DNA of 64,000 nt, taken from the NCBI GenBank assembly GCA_004022145.1, contig RCNU01000010.1; one strand, written 5' to 3'. The position numbers and the translations under genes are program-made. The notes beneath the pieces are model-generated. The model did not search any database and was not told the DNA's origin. It saw only the letters and a list, made by a program, of their open reading frames with translations. This document shows, one piece after another, positions 25,646 to 37,833 of this stretch (positions are counted from its first letter, which is position 1; each line of letters begins with the position of its first letter). Source of the stretch: Paecilomyces variotii (taxonomy: Eukaryota).

Positions 25646-27896
25646 AATCAGAGATGTAACTGGGAATTATTGAATCGTGTATGGAACCACAGAGATGTAC
25701 GTATACCTGAGTTGTGCTTGCAATTGAATTAGAATGAATCTCGGATCGCTCGATCTGATATTCTAGGAGGGCTTTTACATAGTTAACTGATTCTCCTTGT
25801 TCCTTGCCTTGCTTTGGTAGAGCTACTTTTCCATTTACGATCCCTAACGAAATCATCTCTCCGCTCTGTATTGATACTTGAACCTATATTTGGAGTTTAA
25901 TATGTTCATATTCTTACTGAGATAGGCTTAGCACTTTCCTCGACATGACCTGGCTCCTATCCGAATGAGGAACCGACCCGAATCAACATTGTTAATAACG
26001 GTTCCCGTTCAGCCTAGATCTAAAGACTGGTCTAATCTATTACCTAGTCCAAGCTCAGCCGCAAGATTAGCTGCCTAGGTATTTCAGAGCGGCTCCGAAT
26101 CGAGACGTGGAGTAAGATCTCATCAACCTCCCGCCCAATGCACCCGGGATCAAGCAATAAGGGTTCACTCTACGGTACTTGTGACTCAGTCTGACATCCC
26201 CATCTGCCTAATATGGTCATGAGACTCTCAGGAGCGCGGGATTTTGGGGATGTTGTCTTTTAGAAAGATTACCCGGCCTTGAGAGATGGCTATCTTACAA
26301 CCGTAGAAGAGAGTCTGTATTCACTTTTGTACTTATTTTGCAGAAGAGAACCATTCATTGTTCGTGGAAAGAAACCCACCAAGAGGGGTATTCATGAAGA
26401 ATGCTCGATGCAACATTTTTACTTGCCAGGTTGATGCCGTTCGTCTCGATTTGCCTATAGCTTCAGCAGACAATCTCTGTAGACTGGCCAGAAGAGACTT
26501 CGGTTTCGACCTTTGAAACGGACATGTTTCATGTGTCTTTTCCAAAACCGGCGGCAAGCGTTTTTCTCTACTATCGCCGATGCGTGAATTTACCACACGG
26601 CGTGTGAGCAACCACAAAGAACACGGTTTTGTGCGCCAGCAGTTGGATGCAATACCTACTAGTTAATGGATTTCGGACAGAAGAACAGCTATAGAGTCTT
26701 TGTTTCTACTTCCTCTTCGATGCTTCGGGACCAATAATCTTCGTACAATGGCAACAATCCGATATCGGCTTTCACCGCGTAAGCACGGCGTATTAGATCC
26801 CCAAGGCTGCAACCAGAAAGAGTGGCTTGGCTGATCTTGTCCTAGCGAAGCTTGGGTGTTTCTTTGTTCCGGTCACAAAACATTGAGGCGATCGATGAAA
26901 CCATCTAGTAGTTTCGTCAGAACCATAAGCGGGTCAGTGATAACGACCTGTGCTGTCGCTAGAGCGCCAGTGTAAGTCACTAGACAGAACGCCTGGAGTG
27001 AACAAGCGCTTCTGATCACTTAACTAAGAGCTGGCCTAATCTTGTCATCTATGACACTTGGGTCTGAGAATGACCAAAGACAGACGGTGGCTTGCGGCAG
27101 GACTGGGGCTGTGAGACTTCACCGGCTCAGAGCCTAAGCTAGCGCACTCCAAGCAGAAAGAGGTATGGTAATAACATTCTTTAAAATGTGCCAGGGAAGA
27201 GCTATAATAACGCAGACTCGATAGAGATAATAATAATCCTGTTCTGGGAAGCTGGTTATGAATCCCTGGCTGCTCCGTGTTTCGCGGCCGTCGCAGATCC
27301 AGTTTCACCAAGTTGTGCGCAGTAGGAATACGGAAAGACGAGCCGGATAGAGGATGGACACAGGACAATAAAATCTCAGGCCACCCGGGACACAAAAAGA
27401 CAAGCCTGAGTTCCACAGCTCTTCGTTTCTTTCTTTCTTTTGTTATTTTGATCTCACCTCATCTCATCTCAGCGCTGAGAAAGCATCGACGACCAATCAG
27501 CCTGCTGGGACGAGCCGGGAGAACCGCTGGATGAACGCCGGTCGTTGCCCAGTATAACTAATTATAATTCCCGCCCGGGATTTGGACTGGATGTATCCCT
27601 CTCTAGAGAGCTGGTCTTCTCTTTAATAATTATTATCTTCTCTTTAATGTTCTCCTAGAGTTGCTTATTCTTGTTTCTTTGTGTTACCCATCCCCAACCA
27701 CCCCGCTCAACCTCGTGAGGCAAGCCTGGCTTTGACTTCCGTTCCGCAAACGTCAATCGGCGGCGGACTTGCGTGTGCTGGATAGAATTCGAATTCGATA
27801 GCATCGGATCAAGCCCCCCTTGATAAAAGCACTCCATGTGCTAGAAGACACCTTGTCGGATTGTTTCTTCTGCTTCCTGCCTCGAATCCGAGCGCG

Positions 27897-30800
27897 ATGG
27901 CGTCCTCTTCGTATGCGCCAGTGCCTACGACAGCCGATGACGAGTCCGCCGCTTCCAGAGGGCCACCGGCCGCGCACATGGCCACGACAACGGTGAAGGT
28001 GGACGGGATGACATGTGGAGCATGTACCTCGTCAGTGGAGAGTGCGTTCAAAGATGTCCCCGGTGCAGGGAACGTATCTGTCAGTTTGGTGATGGGCAGG
28101 GCGGTGGTCCATCATGACCCGTCGCAGCTACCGGCGGATAAAGTAGCTGAGCTGATCGAGGATCGGGGCTTCGATGCGCAAGTTCTATCCACCGACCTTC
28201 CAGATACCCAGGCAGACGAGATCGAGGACGACGGTCCGGAGATGGTGACAACTACTTTGGCAGTGGAAGGAATGACCTGCGGTGCTTGTACCTCAGCGGT
28301 CGAGGGAGGATTAAAAGAGGAGGCCGGCGTGCGATCGATAAGTGTATCTCTTCTGTCAGAGCGTGCGGTCGTGGAACATGACCCGTCCGTGATCACGCCG
28401 GAGAAGATTGCAGAAGTAATTGAGGATCGTGGATTTGGCGCTACAGTGCTGGACACCAAACCGTCAGAGGCGCGGTCTTCGAAGACAAAGGGACCGGCTG
28501 AGGAGAAGCCCAAGTTCTTGACGACGACGGTCTCTATTGACGGAATGACCTGCGGTGCATGCGCCTCGAGCGTCCAGAGAGCTTTTGACGGCGTCGATGG
28601 TCTCCTGCAGTTCAACATCAGTCTGCTGGCAGAGCGCGCAGTCATCGCCCATGATCCTCTAAAGCTGTCTGCGGAGAAGATTGTCGAGCTGGTCGATGAT
28701 GCTGGCTTTGATGCGCGCATAGTGTCTTCCGAACCGCATACATCCGGGTCTTCCAAAACGTCCAAGTCAGTAAACCTTAGCCTCTATGGTCTTACAGATG
28801 CTGCTGCGGCAACCTCTCTGGAAGAAACAGTCCGCCAGAAACCCGGCATCATCTCAATATCTATATCCGTGGCTACATCACGGGCCTCTGTCAGCTACAA
28901 CTCGTCCATCATCGGTATCCGCTCCATCGTGGAGACTATCGAGGCCGCTGGCTTTAATGCTCTGGTGTCCGATTCAGATGATAATAATGCGCAGTTGGAG
29001 TCCTTGTCAAAGACAAAGGAGATTCAGGAGTGGAGACGGGCGTTCCTGTTCTCCCTCTCTTTTGCTATTCCGGTCTTCCTTCTGGGCATGATCGTCCCTA
29101 TGTATCTGAAGCCGCTGGACTTTGGCAAGTTCCAGATATTGCCTGGTCTCTACCTGGGGGATCTCATCTGTCTGGTCCTTACGATCCCAGTACAATTTGG
29201 TATTGGTATGCGCTTCTACGTTGCCAGTTTCAAGTCTCTGAAACACCGTTCTCCCACGATGGACGTCCTGGTCATGTTGGGCACATCGTCTGCCTTCTTC
29301 TTCAGTGTCTTCACCATGTTCATGGCTATCTGGTACCCGCCGCACACACGACCGCATACCGTCTTCGACACAAGCACCATGCTCATTACTTTCATCACTC
29401 TTGGTCGCTGGTTGGAGAACAGAGCAAAGGGTCAGACGTCTAAAGCCCTATCACGTTTGATGTCTCTGACTCCCTCGATGGCGACGATCTACGAAGATCC
29501 GATCGCTGCCGAGAAAGCCGCAGAGGAGTGGGAAACCTCAGCGAAGTCGCCGCAGGAGAAGACTGACGAGGCCACCCCTGCTCACACACGAAACGCGGGT
29601 TTGAAAACAATCCCAACCGAGTTGATTGAGGTCGGTGACGTTGTCGTTTTGCGACCTGGTGACAAGGTATCGGCCGATGGTATTATCATCCGCGGAGAGA
29701 GCTATGTTGACGAGAGCATGATCACTGGAGAGGCCATTCCGATCCACAAGAAGAAAGGCAGTCTCGTCATCGCTGGTACTGTCAACACGGCTGGCTCGAT
29801 GGATTTCAAGGTCACCAGAGCCGGTCGAGACACTCAACTTAGCCAGATCGTCAACCTCGTGCAAGAAGCCCAAACGAGTCGAGCGCCTATCCAGCGTATG
29901 GCTGATGTCGTCGCCGGTTATTTCGTCCCCACCATTATTTCCCTTGGATTGATCACTTTCATCGGCTGGATGATTCTCAGTCACATCCTCCCCAATCCGC
30001 CAAAGATCTTCAATGCGGCAGGTAACGGAGGGAAGGTCATGGTATGCCTGAAGCTCTGTATTTCCGTCATTGTCTTTGCCTGTCCTTGTGCCCTTGGCCT
30101 TAGCACTCCCACAGCGGTCATGGTTGGCACGGGAGTGGGCGCCGAGAATGGTATCCTCGTGAAGGGAGGCGCTGCCTTGGAAGCCGCAACAAAGATCAAC
30201 CATGTCGTGTTTGACAAGACAGGAACCTTGACCGTAGGAAAAATGAGCGTCGCTGAGACGAGAATGGAACGCATTTGGTCATCCAACGACTGGCGCCGGC
30301 GTCTATGGTGGCTGATTGTTGGTCTCGCGGAGATGGGAAGTGAACACCCGGTGGGAAGAGCTATCGTCGAAGCTGCTAAGGTGGAGACTGGAGGCTCTAG
30401 CGAAGAGACGCTGGATGGCAGTGTGGGCGATTTCGAAGCTACTATCGGCAAGGGAATCTCTGCCGTCGTGGAGCCCAACTCTGGTGTTGAACGCACGCGG
30501 TACCGCGTCCTGCTGGGAAATGCGTCCTTCCTCCGGGACCAGGATGTGCAGGTCCCTGAAGCCGTTGACCCCGACTCTCAGCCTCCTGACGAGTCTGCCT
30601 CTGCGTTTTCTGTGCCGTCAAAGCCAAATGACTTCGCCGGGCTGACCCTTATTCATGTGGCCGTCGACGGTCAGTACGCGGGCACCATCTCGCTCCGCGA
30701 CTCGCTCAAGCCATCCGCTGTTGCTGCAGTTGCCGCAATTCATCGTATGGGCTTCAAGACCTCACTCATCACAGGCGACACATACTCCACGGCTCTGTCC

Positions 30801-31505
30801 GTTGCGAAGGCAGTGGGCATCCCACCTGTGTCAATCCGCGCTTCCGTGTCTCCCTCCCAAAAGCAGACCATCGTTGCCGAGCTTCAGGCCGGCGGAGATC
30901 GTGTCGCAATGGTTGGAGATGGTGTCAACGACTCGCCAGCCCTGGCTACCGCGTCTGTGGGAATTGCGCTCGCATCGGGTACCGACGTCGCCATGGAAGC
31001 AGCCGACATTGTGCTCATGCGACCGGATGACCTGCTGTCTGTTCCCGCCAGCTTCTCCTTGGCCCGCTCGATCTTCAACCGCATCAGACTCAACCTCATG
31101 TGGGCCTGTGTCTACAACATCATCGGTCTACCGTTCGCCATGGGTCTTTTCCTCCCATTCGGAGGCATCACTCTACATCCCATGGCCGCTGGCGCCGCGA
31201 TGGCTGCATCGAGTGTCTCCGTCGTCGTCAGCAGTCTGCTCCTCAAATTCTGGAGCCGCCCACGCTGGATGAGCGTCGAGAGGCTGGAAAAGGAAGTACA
31301 GACGGGCAAGATCAGATCTCACCTGTCTCGAGACCTGCGCTGGACCGAAGTCTTAGCAGCCTCCGTCCCAAGATCTCCTCGTGGTGCGCTCGATCAATTC
31401 AAAGCTCTTGCTTCTGCCGCGATTGGCATTATTACCGGCAAGGGATCAACAGGAGCCAGAGGCGACGAAGGTTACATTCCACTGCAAACGGTCGAACCAG
31501 TCTAA
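27897..31505 (+). CDS. Copper-transporting P1B-type ATPase (Ccc2/CtpA/YgA-like)
   Basis: Three GMTCGAC HMA motifs plus a degenerate fourth, TGEA, CPC, DKTGTLT, SEHP and GDGVNDSPAL. Intronless; ATG at 27897. Confidence 0.96.
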   Translation: MASSSYAPVPTTADDESAASRGPPAAHMATTTVKVDGMTCGACTSSVESAFKDVPGAGNVSVSLVMGRAVVHHDPSQLPADKVAELIEDRGFDAQVLSTDLPDTQADEIEDDGPEMVTTTLAVEGMTCGACTSAVEGGLKEEAGVRSISVSLLSERAVVEHDPSVITPEKIAEVIEDRGFGATVLDTKPSEARSSKTKGPAEEKPKFLTTTVSIDGMTCGACASSVQRAFDGVDGLLQFNISLLAERAVIAHDPLKLSAEKIVELVDDAGFDARIVSSEPHTSGSSKTSKSVNLSLYGLTDAAAATSLEETVRQKPGIISISISVATSRASVSYNSSIIGIRSIVETIEAAGFNALVSDSDDNNAQLESLSKTKEIQEWRRAFLFSLSFAIPVFLLGMIVPMYLKPLDFGKFQILPGLYLGDLICLVLTIPVQFGIGMRFYVASFKSLKHRSPTMDVLVMLGTSSAFFFSVFTMFMAIWYPPHTRPHTVFDTSTMLITFITLGRWLENRAKGQTSKALSRLMSLTPSMATIYEDPIAAEKAAEEWETSAKSPQEKTDEATPAHTRNAGLKTIPTELIEVGDVVVLRPGDKVSADGIIIRGESYVDESMITGEAIPIHKKKGSLVIAGTVNTAGSMDFKVTRAGRDTQLSQIVNLVQEAQTSRAPIQRMADVVAGYFVPTIISLGLITFIGWMILSHILPNPPKIFNAAGNGGKVMVCLKLCISVIVFACPCALGLSTPTAVMVGTGVGAENGILVKGGAALEAATKINHVVFDKTGTLTVGKMSVAETRMERIWSSNDWRRRLWWLIVGLAEMGSEHPVGRAIVEAAKVETGGSSEETLDGSVGDFEATIGKGISAVVEPNSGVERTRYRVLLGNASFLRDQDVQVPEAVDPDSQPPDESASAFSVPSKPNDFAGLTLIHVAVDGQYAGTISLRDSLKPSAVAAVAAIHRMGFKTSLITGDTYSTALSVAKAVGIPPVSIRASVSPSQKQTIVAELQAGGDRVAMVGDGVNDSPALATASVGIALASGTDVAMEAADIVLMRPDDLLSVPASFSLARSIFNRIRLNLMWACVYNIIGLPFAMGLFLPFGGITLHPMAAGAAMAASSVSVVVSSLLLKFWSRPRWMSVERLEKEVQTGKIRSHLSRDLRWTEVLAASVPRSPRGALDQFKALASAAIGIITGKGSTGARGDEGYIPLQTVEPV

Positions 31506-32191
31506 ACACCTCGGTAGAAAGTATGTATCATCCGTCATGTTCATGGATGAGTCCATATGTTTTTGTTCCTTTTTTGTGTATATTTTGTTTTGTCTGGGTT
31601 ATTTTTAACTTCTATGATACCTCTATTGTTTGCTGGCCCTTTTTTTTTGTCAGATTTCTTTTGTTCATGGTAGAGTCCTGCTAGACAGACAGTACATGCA
31701 TGTAGTTCCTTGCCGTGATGACTTTGTACAGTTGTATATAGTCTAGGCTGTATGGACACCGCAATGAGAGTAATGAACGAAAGTGTATAATTTATAAGGA
31801 AAGATAGATCTAAGATAAAGACTAATATGTAGATCCTCGTGGTTTCTATATAGCATTGGGCAATAAATACGGAAACTACATCAGACTATATCTCCAGGGA
31901 GGGATTCGATATTTGTGGATGGATAATCACATTTCGAAAATGATAAGTGAATGAAAATGAAAACTGATAATTGGCCGTGAGAGTGGAAATAGCGACGCCA
32001 GATTAAAAGCAATGTCCATCTTGTGCACATCGATCAAGATGCAAGAAGTAAGTAGCCCCTGACCGCGAACAAATAACAAAAAACAGGCCAATTCAAGCCC
32101 AGAATCATCGACCCCATCCATTTCTGTAGTATTCACTATACAAGACCCGAACTAGTAGTAAAAAAAAAAAAAACAAAGAAAAAACCCAGTT

Positions 32192-33262
32192 TCAACCATA
32201 CTTTGCAGCCTGCGTCGGCGGTGGTGGGAAATACATCTGCGGCTGCGGCTGTTCCTGATACGCATATCCCGACATCGAACCTCCACCAGTATGCAAATGC
32301 AGAGGACCACCCGGATTCGGTGTGCTGAAGTGATGTCGAAGCGGGAGGTCACTTGCTTGGGATCCGCTGTCGAGTCGAGTAAACGCTAGAGTGCGCGGGG
32401 TCATTGCTGGGAATGAGGTCCCTGTCATTGGGCCTGGAGTCATGGGATAGGTTCCCGATGGGGGAGCTCTGAGGATCGAGTCTTCGTAGGCTTTGAGAGC
32501 GCGCTTCTCTTCGCGGCGTTCGCGGTATGCTTCGCGCTCGGCTTTGGTGGAAAAGCAGGAAATGAGGGCAATGATGAATTCGGAAAAGTAGATGATGCTG
32601 GTGATGTGTGTTAGTTAGTACTAGATGAAGAAGGAAAGAGAGGTTATATAGGATTTTTGCATACGTGATGATGATGGTGATGGCAAAGAGGGATTTTGCC
32701 TGCTCGCAGTATCCGATGTTGGACTTGTGAGCTGCTACGCTGCAGCTTTTGGTGATATACCATGGTGGTCCTGGCTGGGGGTGTTGCGGATCGGACATAT
32801 CTTTGCCTGCTTGGAATGATGCCGCTATTGAGTACAGCACGATCAGAGCTCCGTGTACGGCGACGGAAATGGGTGGGTAAAACACCCGTAGGATTTGCAT
32901 CGGGGCCTTGGTGAGTAGGAAAAAAGTGCTCAGCACTCCGAGAACGAGGTTATATTCCGTCAGGCTATGAGTATATTTGTTAGCTTGTATGTCCTTAGAG
33001 TGGATTCAATATCTGGCACAAAAACATACAATGAGCTCCAAACCATGGGGGCTGTATATGGTCTGTAGTTGGCAGCAGCGTAGATGGCTTCGTCTGGAGC
33101 GCTGTTAAAGCCATTATCGGCGCCGTCCTGCCAAAGCTTCGTTCGATATGTGTTATGATCCGCGATTCCGGTGAGTATCAGAATCACAACTGTAAATGGG
33201 AACTCTGCCGCCATCATGATCAAGGCCGCTTTGTGCGACCGGTACTTCTTTGGGAAGAACAT
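32192..33262 (-). CDS. Conserved fungal hypothetical membrane protein, 3 exons
   Basis: Hydrophobic segments, YRTKLWQDGADNGFNS and DMSDPQHPQPGPPWYITKSC, plus a Pro/Gln-rich tail. The exons are joined by GT-AG introns. Confidence 0.7.
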
Positions 33263-33287
33263 GATGTCTGCTTTTGTTCTGCACTTT

Positions 33288-33325
33288 TGTCTGTCTGTCT
33301 GTCTGTCTGGATGGATGGATGGATG
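33288..33325. repeat. Compound microsatellite (TGTC)n(TGGA)n
   Basis: tgtctgtctgtctgtctgtctggatggatggatggatg seen directly. Confidence 0.8.
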
Positions 33326-34055
33326 AGAGTTCAAGGTCGAGTAACAGGTGTTGGATATCGCGCGAAATCGCGAATCGCTTTCTTGGATCTATAAGTAATA
33401 GTAAACAGCGTCAAGTACTTAGCATCTATGCCAGACCGGCTGGCTGCCCGTTCATAACGCTGCCATCGAAACACTCGCTGCGGCCCTGACAAGAATTCAA
33501 TCTCACGGACAAAGACGAGGCCTGGGAGAAACGGTCCAGATATGGGGAATCCGCTCCCTGGTCTTATGGCCGGCCAGACTGCCCTCCATGACTGGGATTG
33601 GGGAGAGGGGTTTGGGCCGTGGGACGATATGTCGAATACCAGAAGACTGACAAGCGCCGAGGGTTCCCTGAGATGCAGTGGCTTGATGCTTGTTGAGTAC
33701 AAGGCGCCAGTGAGATTGCAGCATCGACGATCGTCCGCCAGCGCGAAGATGTGACGGCGTTGAAGATGTCGCCAATGAACGGCGCAAGAAGCATCTCTCC
33801 CGGGCGGCCCGTCACACGCTAACAAGTCAAAAGGTGATCGGATGGCGAGCGCTTGCAGGGCCAGGACATTCTGTTGGATCAGAAGCATTCGAGGGCGCTT
33901 TCAGTGGTGATCTTGTGGTTAGCAGCGCAGAGATACTTGACATATTCTATCCGCCTGTTCTGTTGATTCGAGCTTCTTTTGGCTCCAAACGTCATCGCGG
34001 GGAAAGTAAGTAAGATTAGATCTCAGTTAACAACTAACTGACACTAACTTACTGC

Positions 34056-35400
34056 ATGGGGAATCTCCGATCACTGGCATCCTATACCACACTGGTGCGT
34101 CCGCGAATCTCCTGTCGAGCTTCCCAACTCCGTCGTCTGGCTATTCCCCAAAGCAAGATGAGTACAAGAGAAGACTCCATTCCGCATGAACTGCGGACAG
34201 CAGCAGAACCACGACAGAATAAATTGTACCCCGTCCGGATATCACAGATTGACCAGGTCAACCCCTCAATCCGCCTGCTCCGGCTGGCGTTGCCGCCAGG
34301 AGGCGACCAAACAGATGAAGGAGAAGTATGACGATCCATTCCCCATAATATATAAAAGTAGACATTCTTCGATCTTTATATGGATCGAGTGCCTGTTCTA
34401 CAATGCTATCATTGCCTCTCACCCCGTGATATTGTTTAACTGTATAGATCAAGCTGATTTCTCGCGGTTATCTCGACCAGGCGGACCCCAATCCGGAGCA
34501 ATTTACTTTTCTCCCAGGCCAATGGCTGGATGTTTTCATTCCGTCAATATCCCATGCGGGTGGTTTCACCATAACCTCCACTCCAGCAGATGCCCATCTC
34601 CTTCCATCGCCAGAGCCTCCAACGGAGTCCTTGTCCATCGAGGAGGAAGATCTACCTCCTGTGCGGTCAACGGGCAGAACACCCTATGTCGAACTAGCAG
34701 TGCAAAACGCGCCATCTAATCCTGCAGCTGCATGGCTGTGGAGACCCAAAGAAGAGATCCTCGGCAAAGAACTAAATGTTCGCGTGGGAGGCAGCTTCAT
34801 ATGGCCGCCAGCTGGGTTTAACACGAAGGATATCAGAAATGTCGTCTTCATCGCTGGCGGAGTGGGTATAAAGTTAGTGTGTCCATTTCCCTTTCTTTTT
34901 TTTTTTTTTTCTGAGGACATTATTGTTAACTATTATACAGCCCTCTCATATCCATATTATCCCATCTAAAAAATGACGACACGGCCACTCTCTCTCCTGG
35001 AACAGAAGTCCATTTCCTATATTCGACCCGGCTTCCTCCCAGCAAGTCCGTCAGCAACTTCCAAGCGGCACTAGATCAGATTCTCTTCTTGTCTCGTATA
35101 CGGGAGATTATCCACTCGCATGCTCCGTCTCGACGTCTCCGTATCTCTTTGGACTTGTTTCTCACAAATCTGAATGAATATCCCGATTTAAAGATATCTA
35201 CACCTCAAGATATGAAGATCCATGATCGTCGTATCACTGCTGAGGACTTGAAGACCGCCGTCACTGGATCTAGCGGAGATGAGACCGGCACCGGGACGGT
35301 CTGCTACATCTGCGGACCGCCGCCGATGACGGATGAGTTGGCGGACAAGCTCAAAGGCATGGTAGGGAGCGAGCGGGTGTCTTATGAAAAGTGGTGGTGA
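34056..35400 (+). CDS. FAD/NAD-binding oxidoreductase (ferredoxin-reductase-like, OXNAD1-like), multi-exon
   Basis: FLPGQWLDV, GGFTITS, VRVGGSF, VFIAGGVGI, YICGPPPM and C-terminal YEKWW. Confidence 0.85.
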
Positions 35401-35867
35401 GAGAGTGCAGTCCACTCACTCGTCTTTGCTCGATCAACAGGTGCATGGTGCTGCGAGTTGAAGGGCGTGGGTAGGAATGCAGAAATTGACTCAACTCTCA
35501 AGTCACTCACCTCCCTGATCCCTTTGGAAATCACCGGAAGAGTATGACTGTTCTAGATAATATGTATTCTCTATCTAACTGACTCTTCCGCTACATACGT
35601 ATCATCCTTAAAAATACCACCCCATGAAACCAGATACTAGTTATCCCTGAGCGATCCGCCATCAAGCATAGATCATAAACCTATCCTACCTACCACCGAG
35701 TCCATATTGATCAACCCCCCGAAAGCTTTTCCGGACCATTACAAAAAAATCCATATAAACAAAAGAAGATACAACATAACTCCTCATTTCCAGCTCCTCA
35801 AACAAAACAACAACCACCTCCCAGGACAAACTCGGACAAGGAGACACACGACACACGACACACCGAG

Positions 35868-36005
35868 ATGGACACCGCCATAATCGGTGCTATAATAGGC
35901 GGAGTCGCTCTGGTCGTGATCTTTATCCTCATCACGCTCTACGGCACACCATGGGGGTTCCATGCAAGAGGGGTAAAATGGGAAGCGAGGAGGGATCAAT
36001 CATGA
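35868..36005 (+). CDS. Candidate 45-aa single-pass membrane microprotein
   Basis: Translates MDTAIIGAIIGGVALVVIFILITLYGTPWGFHARGVKWEARRDQS*. TATAAA at about 35754 and a CA-rich leader lie upstream. Confidence 0.5.
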   Translation: MDTAIIGAIIGGVALVVIFILITLYGTPWGFHARGVKWEARRDQS

Positions 36006-36897
36006 GCTGGGTATATCTTCGCGGTTAAATGTCCCTCTGTGAGTGATGAGAGGTCAGGGTGTGTCTGTGGCTGGGTAAGGAGTACATGCATAAGAGTAAA
36101 TGGGTTGGTTGGTTTGGGGGGAAGACTAGATTCTGATGGACTGGGCAGGTTCGACTCTTTCCTTTTGGTATGTTTTTCGAGGCCATATCCTTTTTTCCCC
36201 CTCTTCTGGAGTTAGTGAACTGCATTTATCTAGCTAGCTAGTCATAGATAATAATGATGCGTCGTGCTCTTCATCTGTTCGTTTGCTTCCTCTTAATAGT
36301 TATCTAGTTAGTTACTTGCTCATCGATGATTCCTCATCCAGGCAATTCTTCTTTCCCTTTATTTAAGACGGCCTAGTTCCAGTCTCTAATCTCAAAGATT
36401 TGAGACAATTGGACTGAAAAGACAGGATACCCTTCTCATATGCATTGTGCTCCAAGTGGGGAATCTGATTTGCAAGTGTACAGTATATATCCATACAATG
36501 TGTAACAGGAGCATTTGAAAAAAAGTAAATAAAATCGAACAATGCTCGAGAAGCAAGCAAACAAGCAAGAAAGCAAGGATATGCTTCGTGATATGTGTGT
36601 AATATATCCCATCCGTTCATTTCAGCCGACCCAAAAAAACAGCAGAGGTAGGAATTTCATGTAATAGGGCAAGATAAAAAGGGTCGGCTGTTGATGCAGG
36701 TTCGCTCGCGCCATTTCATCCTCCTCCTCCTCCTTTTCTTTCAGAATATTCGTACATAAATCAATGGTTCTGTCCCAGAGTGGGTATGCGTCCGGCTCTA
36801 TTGATCATGAACCATCCCAGAGTGGGTGTATCGATCATGGAACCATGTATGATCCAACTCCAACTATCTTTCTTCTTCCTCACGGATCCCGCAGCAC

Positions 36898-37416
36898 TTA
36901 TTTCTTCTTCTTCCCAGCCGGTTCCTGCTGCTGCTCCTGACCAAAAGAGCTGATCAGATCCAGCAAGTTGTCTTCCTCCTCCTCATCCAGGGCCGCCTGA
37001 GCAGCAGCTTCTGCATCAGCCTTCTTCTTTTCCTCACTGGTCTGCACCTTGCCATCCGTCTCCTCTGCCGGTGGCGCTGCTGCGTCCCAGCTTCGACCGA
37101 ACTTGGCTCGGAAAGCGGCCAATCGGCCGGCCTCGTCCTCCTCGACGTTCATCAGCTTCGTGCTGGACGGGTTCCAGAGTAGGGAATTGCGCGTGTCGCG
37201 AGTCGAGCGGTACACAGGGAGCGGGGAGGTGGTGCGGTGCGTGAAAGTGCTTCCGTCAGAAAGAGTGATCAGCTGAGTAAACGTATACGGACGCTTCGGT
37301 CTGCGTAGCAGAGTGGCATGTCGGCATTGAGTGCAGATGAAGGTGGGAGTGGACAAGATCGAGGATGTGCCGGCGGCTGCACTGCCCGTGCGGCGGACGG
37401 TGAGGTGTATCGACAT
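36898..37416 (-). CDS. Mitochondrial ribosomal protein bL31m (MRPL36-like)
   Basis: Presequence-like N-terminus, TQLITLSDGSTF, RDTRNSLLWNPS and EEDEAGRLAAFRAKFG. Confidence 0.85.
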   Translation of the reverse strand: MSIHLTVRRTGSAAAGTSSILSTPTFICTQCRHATLLRRPKRPYTFTQLITLSDGSTFTHRTTSPLPVYRSTRDTRNSLLWNPSSTKLMNVEEDEAGRLAAFRAKFGRSWDAAAPPAEETDGKVQTSEEKKKADAEAAAQAALDEEEEDNLLDLISSFGQEQQQEPAGKKKK

Positions 37417-37833
37417 TTTGTTTAAGACGTGACTGGACAATTGAAAGGAGTCACTGCAAGTTTTCTCTTGATGAAGCTCGTGAAAGAGAAAATGGGGAGC
37501 TCCTTGAAGTTTTGGTCTTATCGTTTCGGAGTTGGAGAAATTTAGCGGAGTCGGACACCGCGGGTTGGGTTATGTAAGCCGATCCCAGCGCAGTCAAAGT
37601 ATCCATCAAACTATCTCGATCTTGCGGGCAAAAGCAGAGCTGCTTGTTTTACCTCCTACTTGACGGACAGATCACGATGGATAGCTGTTGATGCACTTTT
37701 CCATAGTCCCAAACTGGAGCTCATGATGAAGTCGAAGAGCTTCAACTGTTTGTATACCTCCTATAATTGCCGCGCCGTCCCGTGAAGCCCTTCGTCTGTA
37801 CTCCGTCACTTCGTCTTCTCCGACGGAAGAAGC

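Noticed and set aside
28112-31272. Several 170-220-aa ORFs overlapping the Cu-ATPase (28112-28765, 29538-30203, 29981-30496, 30655-31272)
   Set aside because: Antisense or alternative-frame artefacts of a GC-rich, codon-biased gene.
36774-36847. Imperfect ~42-bp direct duplication (cccagagtgggt...gatcatg)
   Set aside because: Local slippage in the 3' UTR of the bL31m gene with no evident function.
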